From NCBI RefSeq assembly GCF_006345805.1, contig NC_043010.1, forward strand, positions 22,258,001 to 22,322,000: a stretch of 64,000 nt of DNA, read 5' to 3'. How positions within the stretch are numbered: position 1 is the stretch's first letter; the number at the start of each line of letters is the position of its first letter. Source of the stretch: Octopus sinensis. Lineage: Eukaryota. The notes beneath the pieces are model-generated. The model made no database searches. It saw only the letters and a program-made list of their open reading frames with translations, and was not told where the DNA came from. Both the position numbers and the translations under genes were made by a program. Below, in pieces: positions 11,801 through 24,080 of this stretch.

Positions 11801-14574
11801 GAAAATACGGCAACACACTCTCACATGCACGCTGACACAGAAAATGTAAAATCAAAATGCAGAAAATATAGTTTTAGAAAAGAAATCTGAGAAAGGGAGA
11901 AAACAGTTTAAAATTTGTAGCAAAACAAAATGTAGTACCAGAGATGTTTCAGAAGAAATGGCGATGAAGAGGAAATATAGAGAAAAGAGGAAATTAATTG
12001 TAATAATATGTGTTGCAGAAATGGAGACAAGAAACGGAGAATAAACGGTGGAGAAGCATAATCAAGAAACGGAATTACGAATCAGCAGCGGAGAGCCGAG
12101 CTCTAATATAACGCCGACAGATGTACAGTTTGTTACGACAGAGCTATTACGACTTCAGCAGAAGATAAGTGACCTGAGTGTGTTTGGGTGTATGTTAGTG
12201 TGTATGTATGTGTTTGTGTGTGTATGCGTGTGTGGAGGGAGGGATGGGTGTATATGTATGTGTGTGTAATATTTGGTTATATGGTCTACAAGCTTTGAGA
12301 GAATTAATTTTAAGTGATGTTGAGTGGAATGTTTAGTTTATAGTACGTAGTACATGTTTATATATAAGTAAGCCGATACTGGTTTCATGTAAGAAGTATT
12401 CGTTTAAATAGCTAGTGGCTACCTTACATTCGTCTAGTCTGGCTGAACGATCGTTACTTGATGACATGAGATGCGAATGGGTGGAAAAATACAATAGAGC
12501 TCATTTTGCTAAACAGAAGATAATGTTAAGACCTCGGAAACATAAATGTAGAAAGTTTTTAGCTAAATTCTTTTCCCTTAACTGATGATAAGCTCATTGT
12601 TATAATTAATGCAGAACTTGTCTAAAAGGTTGACATAGAATTTCAAATTGCATTAACCAAATGTGTCGGATGCTGAATGGAGAGACTTAAACTCAAACCT
12701 GTGTAAAGCCAGAGAAAGTGTTTGAACAAAGCAAATTCTTGCTCAAGTTCATAGATATAGACATGAAATAGACACATGACACAAAGAAAGGAATTTCAAG
12801 AAAGAGAAGACAAAGGAACAGATGGAAAGAAATCAGAATAAAGGACCAAAAGAAAAAATAAATGGAAACATGTTTGAAAGGAAAAAAAAGCAAGGTAATT
12901 AAGAGGAGAAATTAAAGAATAAAATGAGTCTGCTCTCGTTGTTTTCTCACAGTTTTTTTTTTTAAATCTCATCTGAGATTTCATTTGTTATTCAGCTATT
13001 CCTGATGTATAAAAGATTATCACAGGCCAGCCAGAAAGCTGCTTCTAACATATGATTAATTGTGTCATAATTATTCACACATAGCCAGCTGCGCATGCAC
13101 ATACACATATATGTGTTTGACTTATGTAACACAGCGCTACGTTCACACATATGTATATGTATATAGAAATGTGTGTATGTATACGTACACATATATATGT
13201 TACAGAACATCGCAAAACTGAACAACGATGCCTGAACGTTATCTAAACCTAATTATATTACCTACGAAAAAAACCTTACCAACACAAATGATCTCCGCAA
13301 ACTTTGAATCCACAAACACTTTCCACTTTAAGAGAATGAAGAGCAACCCAGAATAACGAGACTAAGATATAAGAAATTCACAATCAAGAATAATATGTAT
13401 GTATTCACATCATTAGCTGCTAAATAGATATCACCATGGTTTCGACACTTCGTACGCTCTTTTAATTAACAGCAAATCTGATTGAAAGCATAGCCTACTA
13501 TCGTAAAGAAACGTAAAAAGCAGGTGAGATAACGTTGTTCCAAACCCTTTCGTATTGACTTCATGTTTAAGGGGAGGGACGGCCTCTGGCATAGAGTTTA
13601 AAGAACAACGCCAACACAGAGACGGTGCTCACACGTTTATATGTACCCTTATCTATACAAAATGGTCTCTGCAGTTTAACCACAACTATCAGTGTGTTAG
13701 TGGATAGTTCTGGAAGTTCACAGCTGTTTACAAATCTCTAGACAGAGTTGAAACGAGCAGCATGTACAACTGAGTGATCTTCCTTGTCTGTCCGTGAATA
13801 TATTCTGTATAAAAGCCGTAATGTTCACTTGCGTCCTAGCAGACAGCATTGGCTAAAGAAAAACCTATGAATAAGTTCTGAAATACATTAGAGCAACGAA
13901 ACGCTCTTTACCCATCACTGTTACTACACGAGTAATTTAATAGCAAAACATTCATGTTTATAGAAATCCACAAACCTGCTGTTGAATTTCATTCAGTAAA
14001 TTTGTATTTCGTCATCAAAACTACACGACAACGAATGTTTACTGTAAAATTTTCTCGAATTGCATTCACAAAGTTAATGTTTTCCTTTGAGGATGTTATT
14101 TCAGTTGATGTTTAGTCCCATGCGGTCACTGATAACCATCTTATCCTACTAAATGCCTGATCAATAAAAGATATAACGATGCCTCTAAGCTTCCAGTATT
14201 ATCATAGAAATTATTGATTTTTCCAAACCAGTGTCGAAGGTATCACCCACATCAGCAACAGCAACTACCAAAAAAAAACCAAAAAAACAACAACATAAAA
14301 AACAAGAAATGAAACAAAAAATCTCCACATCTACACAATACTAATTCTTAGGAGACATGACATTGTTATCGCAACTATTTTACCATATTATCCAACAGGA
14401 ATTGCCCTGACGGCCATAGCAAAGAGGGAACCAAAACTAGAATACATCAATAACTTTAAAACTGAAGACTCCTGGTTAAAGTATAACAGTCCAAGAAAAA
14501 CAACATTGCAGAGGATTTTAAACAAATAGTATGTTCTTCCATGCGTCTGGAAACAATTGTCAGCCGCGTATCGT

Positions 14575-14850
14575 AGAGAATGGTACTCCGTCGGTTACGA
14601 CGACAATGGCTTTGGTTGACCCGATGAACGAAACAATCTGCAAATGACTGAGTACTTCACACACACACACATGCAATTGATGTGGTTCTCAAGGAGATTC
14701 AGCGTGGCACAAGGTGTGTCAAGTCTGGCTCTTTTGAAATGCAGATACTACTCACCATTGCTACTTGATTGGACTAGAGGAATGTGAAATAAAGTGTCTT
14801 GCTCAAGGACACAACACACCACAGGAAATCGAACAACTAAGCCACGTGCT
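14575..14850 (-). mobile_element. SINE family 3 (related to 27440), diverged
   Basis: Reverse complement has gttgtgtccttgagcaagacactttatttcacatt..ccacgctgaatctcc..gtcgtaaccgacggagtacc. Confidence 0.75.
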
Positions 14851-14876
14851 TTCTCTCAGAATTTAAACATCTAAAG

Positions 14877-14975
14877 CAGTGCTCCGCAACCGGTAGTCCG
14901 CGGCACACTGCGGTGCCAGGAGACGATACAAGGTGTGCCGCAGTATATCCTGAATATAAGGTTGTGGAGCAACTG
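14877..14975. mobile_element. 99-bp hAT (Charlie-like) MITE
   Basis: TIRs cagtgctccgcaacc / ggttgtggagcaactg; 8-bp TSD ATCTAAAG (14869-14876) / ATCGAAAG (14976-14983), 7/8 match. Confidence 0.8.
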
Positions 14976-15526
14976 ATCGAAAGGTTACAAACAACGAGCC
15001 TAAATTTACGAACAATTTCAGCAGCATCTCTTTTGATCCACTATAAAACTTAAAACTCTCGTATCCTGGTTGTAAATTTTCATTATGTACCTTATGATCA
15101 TTGCAGTAGCTGGGTTTTTGCAGCACCAGCTTTATGTAAAAAGCTGTAATTTCTGTGGTTCGCCAAGACATGGCAATGCCAATTAATCCCCGGTTCGCAA
15201 AACCGATCGATTTCATGAGAAGTGAATAGATATTCCAACTTCTTGAATTTAGTTTCATAGAATTAACACATGTACGTAACCACGTACACATGTGTCCAAC
15301 AAAATCAAGTGCACCCAGCGCGTGTAAACATGATCATGCACACAACAACAACACACACACATAGATATATACAAATGTTGTGTGTGTGTGTGTATGTGTG
15401 TGTGTGTGTGTGTTTGTTTGTTTATATGTTCAGCTGTAATAAAAACAATTTTACATTAATCTGAAGGGCCACTCTATAGTTTTTAGTGGAGTACAGATTT
15501 ATCGCTCTTAAGCAAGAATGTCGTTG

Positions 15527-15571
15527 ACAGTGACTTCGAAGTTTCGGTCAGCTAAGTCATCGTCGGACTGC
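15527..15571 (-). ncRNA. Degenerate hammerhead ribozyme, family G
   Basis: GCAGT CCGACGA tgacttagctgacc GAAA CTTCGAAG TC ACTGT; stems I and III intact, stem II weak. Confidence 0.6.
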
Positions 15572-15885
15572 GATGCATTAGAGTCAGTCTCGTCTTTATA
15601 TAGTCTGTCGAGTTAAAATCTTCCTTGAGTGTCAGGGTTTGTGTAGGGTTGTATTTAGGATTTTTTAGTGTCACTTGTTATGGAAAGGTGCTTTGGAAAA
15701 ATATATTATTGATTAAATTTGGAATTATGATATTGTCTGGTATTCATTCATGCATGCAGAAGTTTGTAAACAAGCCTGTAGGTGGTTCTCTTTTGTTTAG
15801 TAGGCACAAGGTGAAGCAGTAATTGTGTTGCTTTTCGTATTTTTGGATTTAACCATTCTGCTTTGACAATATAAAGGCCAAAGTA

Positions 15886-16590
15886 AGGCGGCGAGCTGGC
15901 AGAAACATTGGCATACCGGGTGAAATGCTTAGCGGTATTTCGTCTGCCGTTACGTTCTGGGTTCAAATGCCGCCGAGGTCGACTTTGCTTTTCATCCTTT
16001 CGGGGTCGATTAAATAAGTACCAGTTACGCACTGGGGTCGATATAATCGACTTAATCCGTTTGTCTGTCCTTGTTTGTCCCCTCTATGCTTAGCCCCTTG
16101 TGGGTAGTAAAAGAAATAGGTATTTCGTCTGCCGCTACGTTCGGAGTTCAACTTCCGCCGAGGTCGACTTTGTCTTTCATCCGTTCGGGGTCGATTAAGT
16201 ACCAGTTACGCACTTGGGTTGATATAATCGACTTAATCCGTTTGTTTGTCCTTGTTTGTCCCATCTGTGTGTAGCCCCTTGTGGGCAGTAAAGAAATAAG
16301 AAACGTTAGCACGCTGGCCAAATGTTTAGCCGTATTTCGCCTGTATTTACGTTCTGAGTTCAAATTCCGCCGAGGTCGACTTTGCCTTTTATCCTTTCGG
16401 GATCGATAAATTACGCACTGGGGTCGATGTAATCGACTTAATCCGTTTGTCTGTCCTTGTTTGTCCCCTCTGTGTTTAGCTCCTTGTGGGAGTTGATAAA
16501 TTGAGTACCAGTTGCGCACTCGGGTCAATCCAATCGACTGGCCCCCTTCCCCAAAATTTCTGGCTTTGTGCTTAGAGTAGAAAAGAACAT
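15886..16590 (+). mobile_element. Array of about four SINE family 1 units (full head, then 5'-truncated units)
   Basis: Repeated gttc..ccgccgaggtcgactttg..aatcgacttaatccgtttgt..ccccttgtggg blocks. Confidence 0.92.
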
Positions 16591-16859
16591 AAATACCAAA
16601 GTTACACATTCCAGTCCTTAGTAAATTGGTGTGTCAACTTTCTTTTCCCAAAAGAATGTAGGTAGGTAATAACTTAAGGCTGGTTCTGTCTTTACTAGTC
16701 ATTGTTATTTAGAGTTGTTTCATGTTTTCAATTGTAAGGTTTCGGGTTAGTAGTCAGGCATGTTTAAAACCTAATTACGACCCCAATCAAACCCACACAT
16801 CCAGAGATGGTTTCAGTTCAACAGAGACTATCTAAATGGAAGACTATCTCCAATGCATC

Positions 16860-16904
16860 ACAGTCTAATGATAGCTTAGCTGGATGAAACTTCGAAGTCA
16901 CTGT
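16860..16904 (+). ncRNA. Degenerate hammerhead ribozyme, family G
   Basis: ACAGT CTAATGA tagcttagctggat GAAA CTTCGAAG TC ACTGT. Confidence 0.55.
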
Positions 16905-17032
16905 CAACAATATATACATATATATACACACATACATCTATACATACATCACTCTTTATTCTTCTATCGACTATTTTATTAGTTTATAAACTGCGAATTC
17001 CCTGTCTAGAACTTTCATACATACTCAGCTTA

Positions 17033-17106
17033 TCTCTGATGAAGGAATTCCCAGAGTATGGAGATGCTAACATATCATTTGGGACATCTCAGAAGCATCA
17101 GTAAGA
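17033..17106 (+). ncRNA. Degenerate hammerhead ribozyme with long stem II
   Basis: TCT CTGATGA A [..TCCCAGA..TTTGGGA..CTC] A GAAG CATCAG TA AGA. Confidence 0.45.
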
Positions 17107-18174
17107 CATCCAATAATTAATTAATTAGCTAATTAATTAGTTAATTGAAATACCAGTCCTGCCTTGGTTTTGTTGTCCTTTTCCCTCTACTACACACACA
17201 CACAATGGGCTTCCGCGCGGTTTCTCTCAAGCGAATTTTATTTACAAACTGTTGACAAACCTGAAATTATAGCAGAAAGCACCGTGTTCTCTGCTCGTAC
17301 CTACAACCCCGTCTTCATGATGTGATCAATTTAACCACATAGCCGTAACTTCACCGATTTATATATTTGCATTATTACTTCACCTGCATATTTCTATGCG
17401 TGTGTGTTTTTCTACCTGTGTCTCTGTGCCTTTATCTATATGCGTTTACATATGTTTGTGTTGTGTGTGTGTGTGCTTGTGATGCTACAGCGGAACCGAC
17501 GTCATTAGACATCAAAGCAGTTGAGGCTTTCATTCTGTAAAGTTGACAGTATTTGCGCTGCCGCTTATTCTTTTGAAGCTGTCTGTAGGGATGTATATAC
17601 AACAGTAAAACATTATCATTTCGAATGTTTGAAAAACCGTGTTTACGTGACAGTTTTTCCCCACAAATCCAATGCTGTCGTTATAACTAAATAGATTAGA
17701 TCCTCTATAGATATATTCTTTGATTTTTGTTCTGTTTTTCTCTATTAATTATCAAAGCACTAAGAACATCAATTCTTTGTCTTCGATCGCAATTAAATAT
17801 TAAGCATTAATTGTTTTTCTTTACGTTATTTTCATTTAGGATGTTTGTTCTTTTTGCCTTTTTGCCTAAGCCTAACAAGTGAATTTATGGCGTACATTTA
17901 TGCAAAATGTGAATTTGTGCGAACATAGGAAATGGGAATATTTCCACTTGTTTATGTAAAATGTAAATGAACATGTTCACGTAATAGTGTAAACTGTGAA
18001 TGCGTGTGTGCTCATGTTGATAAAATAAAATTTAAAACCTTTCATCTCTATTCCTCTGACAGTCACATTTCAATCACAAAGCGATTGAATAAATACATAA
18101 CTGAAATTCGCCCTTAGAATTCTTTAAGTTCACTTACAGACAGAAAATTAAATCATGAGATTAGAAAACGTGCA

Positions 18175-18365
18175 TTGGCACACCGTCTGTTGCAACGACG
18201 AGGGTTCAAGAAGATCTGATCAACGCAGCAGCTTGCCCATGAAATTAATGTGCAAGTGGGTGAGCGCTTCACAGACAGGCATGCCCTAAACGTATTTCAC
18301 TGGGAGATTCAGTGTGACACGGAATTCGATAAGGCTGGCCGTTCGAATTACAGGTACAACTAGCT
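18175..18365 (-). mobile_element. SINE family 3, 3' part
   Basis: Reverse complement resembles 27640-27819 (gtgtcacactgaatctccc..gcacattaatttcatgggcaagctgc..gtcgttgcaacagacggtgtgcc). Confidence 0.75.
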
Positions 18366-19235
18366 TTTGTCCGCTAAGTCGAAAATGAACTATTCCCAAC
18401 AAAGGGAGTTAACTCCCCTGATCTACATCGTAAAACGGCCAGTAGTCTTAGAGTCATATCACTGTAAAAATATCTTTCAAAATTATAATCCTCTTTTTTT
18501 TTTTTATTAAACATTGATTCATCGTATCACAAAAGATATCACCATTGAGCTATAAATTATAGCATTTTAATACTGGGCTGAAAAAGCGTTTCGAATAGAC
18601 GGAGTCGAACTCTACGCGATATTTACATGCTGCTATTTATTGCATGATCCACTCTATCGCAAAAGTCAATGTCCCGAAAAAGAATTATGTCACGTTCTCT
18701 CAAACGTTTATAAAGTTCTATTGACGTCAGCAAATTCCAGCATCATATTTTCTTTTACAAATTTTATGCGCAGTCTATAATACAAGACGTAAGCTAAGCT
18801 ACACGGTGTAAAGAAAATGGTTTGGCACCATCTTGGATTATTCTAATAGTTCTTTGTTTTTATAATACCAGGAAACGCATTAGTTACGTGATGAAACGTG
18901 GCGAAGGAAACTCCGAGGAACGGAACAGAAAACTACATAAATTCATGTTTTGTAAATATGCTGACGTCGGCTATACACGCACTCATATACTGTAAACACA
19001 GAAGTAAGCTTAAACTGATACATACGCACCAAACACACACACGCACTCACACACAAGAACATACATTATCAGATACCACATGCGTGCATGCACAATCAAG
19101 CACGCACATACACGCATATCACAGAACAATATATATATATATATATATGTATATGTATGTGTGTGTGTGTTGCTTTGATGTAAATAAATCGCGTATGCAT
19201 TCCTGTGCGTGAGTATATATATATGTATATGCGTG

Positions 19236-19382
<147 letters not shown>

Positions 19383-20006
19383 GGACAGTAAACCAGTGAG
19401 AGAGACAAACACGTATATATTTATATACATGCACATGCATAATCATGTGTGCGTGCAAACACCACGCTCTTCTCATATATATCACCTGTTCTCTTTACTA
19501 CATTTTGCAATATGAGTTATTCCTCTTCTCTCCTCGCCTATTGTATTTACGTGTGTCGTGTTTATATATGAAAGAGTGTAGATGCCTGTGAATTCTATCG
19601 TAGACGATACGTATATACGCCATTTTGTGCTTTCTTGCTGGTTTAAGTGTGTGCCATTATGTGTCGGTAGCATACCAGTATAAAAGTCTTGTATGCGGTT
19701 TTCTGAAGAGGTTGTGTATATAATGTTACATCGTCAAAGAGAGGCAAGAAATGTTTATCAGCTCTATGGATGTCAGCATCACAACCGCCCTTAGTCATTG
19801 AATTAAAGCTGAACTAAAATATTTCCAAGATGGCGTCACATGTAGCGTATCTATTTCTGTCGATAGATTTGTGTATACATATCTATATATACGTACATAA
19901 ATATCTCTTTCTTTCTTTTTCACCATTCCCACTCACTTACTCTGTCTTATAGTCTGTCTTTCTTTCTTTCTCTCTCTATCTACACAAATACAGACACATA
20001 CACATA

Positions 20007-20054
<48 letters not shown>

Positions 20055-20193
20055 CATAAACATATAATATACATGTACATATCCATATATAAACATATAT
20101 GTGTGTGTGTGTCTCAAAATGTTTATAATTTATTCATATATATATTATATATACATATATACAAATATATTCTTGTATTTATAAGTTCACACA

Positions 20194-20243
<50 letters not shown>

Positions 20244-20882
20244 TACATATAAACGTAGATATATTCATATGTATATAATTTTACATAGGCATATATATAT
20301 ATATACAAACACACACATGTATGCATATTTATGCGTATAAATGAATTTATATATGAATTTACTATTTATACATGCATCTCTATAATATAATAAATCAATA
20401 TATACATACATGCATACACACAAAAATACATACACACACAGACACATATTTATATATATATATATGTACAGAGCTAAATACAAATACGCACAAGTTTAGA
20501 TAACTTACATACATACCTATAAATGTGTGCGTGTAAGTGCGTGTACATAGTGTATGTACATATTTTTGTGTACGCCCTTATGTATGTCTGTGCGAATACA
20601 CGGTTATTAATATGGCTTCTTGCTTACTCTGTGCTAAAAGCCAAATGCAATTATCGCAGTATCAACATGTATATTTTTTAACCTCTATATTACGTCTCCC
20701 TCACTCACCCCTCTCTCCTCTTTCTCCTTCTTTCTCTCTCTCTCTCGCTTTCTCCTCCCTCTCACCTACTCTCTCTCTCTCTCTCTCTCTTTAACAGCCT
20801 GCCAGCAAATGTGAACAGTTTTGCAAAATCTCGCAATAACTGTATTTAACCTTTTCAAATATATACACACACACACACACAC

Positions 20883-20921
<39 letters not shown>

Positions 20922-21411
20922 CATTATTATTATTATTATTATTATGTGTGTGTGTGTTTATTTTCTCCATATAACTTATATCGACACATAGAGACACATC
21001 GATAACTTTACTTCCTCCCACCTCCTTCCTGATATTTCCCATCGCCTATTTCTCATTGCTCTACCTTTACAAACATGCGCGCGCATGTGTGTGTGTGTGT
21101 GTGTCTGTGTAAATGTCAGTGCGTGTTCAAGTGTAGTGCACCGAGGAAGGAAAAGTTTGCATACTTTATAATCAAATATCGAAGTGTCTCTATCTGTGTG
21201 TGCCTCTCTGCGTGCGCTTATGTACGCGAGCACGTTTGTGTGTGCGTGTTTACATATGTATGTGAGTGTAAGTGTGTGTGTGTGACTATGTATGTGTTTG
21301 GTTCTTTGTATGCGTGCGTATATATAAATATGTATGTGTATGAATGTTTATACATAAAATACAAACTTGGAAATATATATATACTTTATGTATACAAATG
21401 TATATTGAATA

Positions 21412-21449
<38 letters not shown>

Positions 21450-21479
21450 AACATGTATGTATGTATATATATATATATC

Positions 21480-21537
<58 letters not shown>

Positions 21538-21539
21538 AT

Positions 21540-21685
21540 GTGTGGCTGTTTGGTAAGAAGCTTGCTTCTCAACCATATGGTTCTGGGTTCAGTCCCACTG
21601 CGTGTTACCTTCGGTTAGTGGTTTCCACTATAGCCTCGGTCCGACCAAAGATTTTGTGTAGACGGAAACTGAAAGAAGTCCGTCG

Positions 21686-21726
<41 letters not shown>

Positions 21727-21890
21727 TTCTGTGTCTGTGTTTGTACCCCGACCATCACTTGAGAACCGATGCTGGTGTGCTTACCTCCTATAACTTAACG
21801 GTTCGGCAAGTGTCCCGATAGAATAATTACCAAGCTTAAAAGATTAAGACCATGTCCGCTGTCAAATGACTGAAACTAATACAAGAATAT
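21540..21890 (+). mobile_element. SINE family 2, diverged copy
   Basis: Head, body, internal (TA)n and 3' half collinear with 4056-4479. Confidence 0.88.
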
Positions 21891-21947
21891 AAATGAATAT
21901 GTGTGAGTGTGTGTGTGTGCATTTGTGTGTGTGTGTGTGTGTGTGCA

Positions 21948-21977
<30 letters not shown>

Positions 21978-21980
<3 letters not shown>

Positions 21981-22668
21981 GGTGTCCCAAAAGTACTGAT
22001 GGGTTTCAATTTTTAAAACTTCCTTAACTTTACAAATAAATGCATGCAATTTTGGTACAATGTAAAGAACATACTCGAAATTAATATGCAATTTTGCAAC
22101 ACCATTACATCACATATGAAAAATGATATTGTTTAAATGGCATCCATTTTCGACTTCGCACGCCCGTGTTCTTTCCAAAATTTGCACCTAACGCCTTCAA
22201 GAATTTCAGACCCCACTTCTCTAATTTCTTTATTGATGTCCTCCTTCATTTGCACTAGGGTCTCCGGTTTGTTGACGTAAACCCTCTGTTTGGGAACGTC
22301 CACAAGACAAAAATCAGGGTTAGTCAAGTTTGGTGAACGTGAAGGCCATTTAAATTAGACCCCACGCATGGTTCCAGCAAGATGAGGCAACTGCTCATAC
22401 TGGTCGAGAAACAATGCAGTTGTTACGGCAGTGATTTGGAGAGAATAATCTCCTGCTACGGCAACGTCTGTCGACCTTCACGTTCCTCAGACTTGACGAA
22501 CTCGATGTCATTTTTCATGTGTGATGTAGTGATATTACAAAATTTGAGTTGTGCATATTAATTTCTACTATATTCTTTATATTGTATCAAAATTTGATGT
22601 ATTTATTTGTAAAGTTAAGGCAGTTATTAAAAATTGGAACTCATCAGTTACTTTTGGGACACCGTGTT
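21978..22668. mobile_element. Fold-back Tc1/mariner-superfamily derivative built from two transposase 3' ends
   Basis: About 165-bp inverted termini (g)ggtgtcccaaaagta..; minus arm encodes WPSRSPNLTNPDF..RVYVNKPETLVQMKEDI..; plus arm encodes WFQQDEATAHTGRETMQLLRQ*..PSRSSDLT..DVIFHV*. Confidence 0.8.
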
Positions 22669-22682
22669 TATACTGCGAGTTT

Positions 22683-23226
22683 GGAGGATATCATCGAGGT
22701 AGACAGTTGAAATTTGAGAATTATATATATACATTTATATATTTGTTGTGCAAGATTTTTTATGTGAAATCGTGTGTTGAAACAGATATTGTATTTCGGA
22801 ATGGTCATATTGCCAGTTTAGCCAATAAAAACACACGCACTATATATTTGGTGTTACTTTGCTTCACTGTTATCTATTTTTTACATTAAACTTAATCTTA
22901 TTTCAGCCAGAGTTCTTTCGTCACACTCCTGTGACCGCATCAGTGGTCCTTTGATTTCTTCTTTCTTATTTGTGTGTCTCTCCTTACTAACGGTCAGCCA
23001 TTTTGTATTCCTATTGTCTGTGTCTTCATTTGTGCATGCATATATCCCTATGTGCGTATATGTTTAGTTAGTGTGTGTGTGTAGGGGGGATGCCTGTAAT
23101 ATTTATATCTGGCCGAAATAAGATTAAGTTTAATGTAAAAAATAAATAACAGTGAAGCAAAGTAACACCAAATATATAGTGCGTGTGTTTTTATTGGCTA
23201 AACTGGCAAAATTACCATTCCGAAAT

Positions 23227-23232
<6 letters not shown>
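22683..23232 (-). mobile_element. PLE-associated element with inverted terminal segment (22785-22912 vs 23108-23232) and degenerate HHR at 22907-22946
   Basis: About 125-bp near-identical inverted repeat; CCA CTGATGC GGTCAC aggagt GTGAC GAAA GAAC TC TGG; abuts (TA)n at 23233. Confidence 0.7.
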
Positions 23233-23281
<49 letters not shown>

Positions 23282-23481
23282 ATGGTCTCCAATTTTTTGT
23301 CTTTATATGTGTTTAAGTATATGCGTAGGTGTGAATGAGAGCATAATATGCACAGGCTGGTTCCTGGATATTCAACCAGTCTTCAGACATGCAGCCAAAT
23401 ATATATACAGTCTTACATGTGTGCACACACCACACACACAAACAAACACACACACACACACGCACACACACACACACACAT

Positions 23482-23519
<38 letters not shown>

Positions 23520-23971
23520 CTACAGACACACACATGCATACACATACCGAAGCATACAAACATGTATACAAACATGCGACACAATATTATATCTTCAATC
23601 TACATCTTGAGTTATCATCTTTACCTTTTTCGTGCTTCTCCTTGTCTATGTATGTATGAGTGTGTGTACGCATTCATATACAAATATATATGGGAGGGGT
23701 ATATACACGCATACACACAGATGATGTATATGTAAATATGTGTATCGCCTGTGTCTACATATGCGCGTATTAATGTGTCTGGTTTTGTGTGCGTATGCCG
23801 TTCTCATTTTCCTTCCTCGTTTGCTATTTATAGCGAGAAAGTATAAGTCAGCGAGATGAAACCTTCCTGCTACTGTAACAAATAACCCCAGAGGTTATTA
23901 ACAGAACAACAACCACAACAACTACAACAACAACAACGATCTCAAAATCATTATTATTATCATTATTACTT

Positions 23972-24080
<109 letters not shown>

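Noticed and set aside
12021-12269. ORF with a coiled-coil-looking stretch (TELLRLQQKISDL)
   Set aside because: There is an in-frame TAA at 12042 after the upstream ATG, no clear splice sites, and the ORF runs into (TG)n.
13420-13470. GAAA-CCATGG-TG palindromic stem III on the minus strand
   Set aside because: The CUGANGA core is unrecognisable; at most a very old relic.
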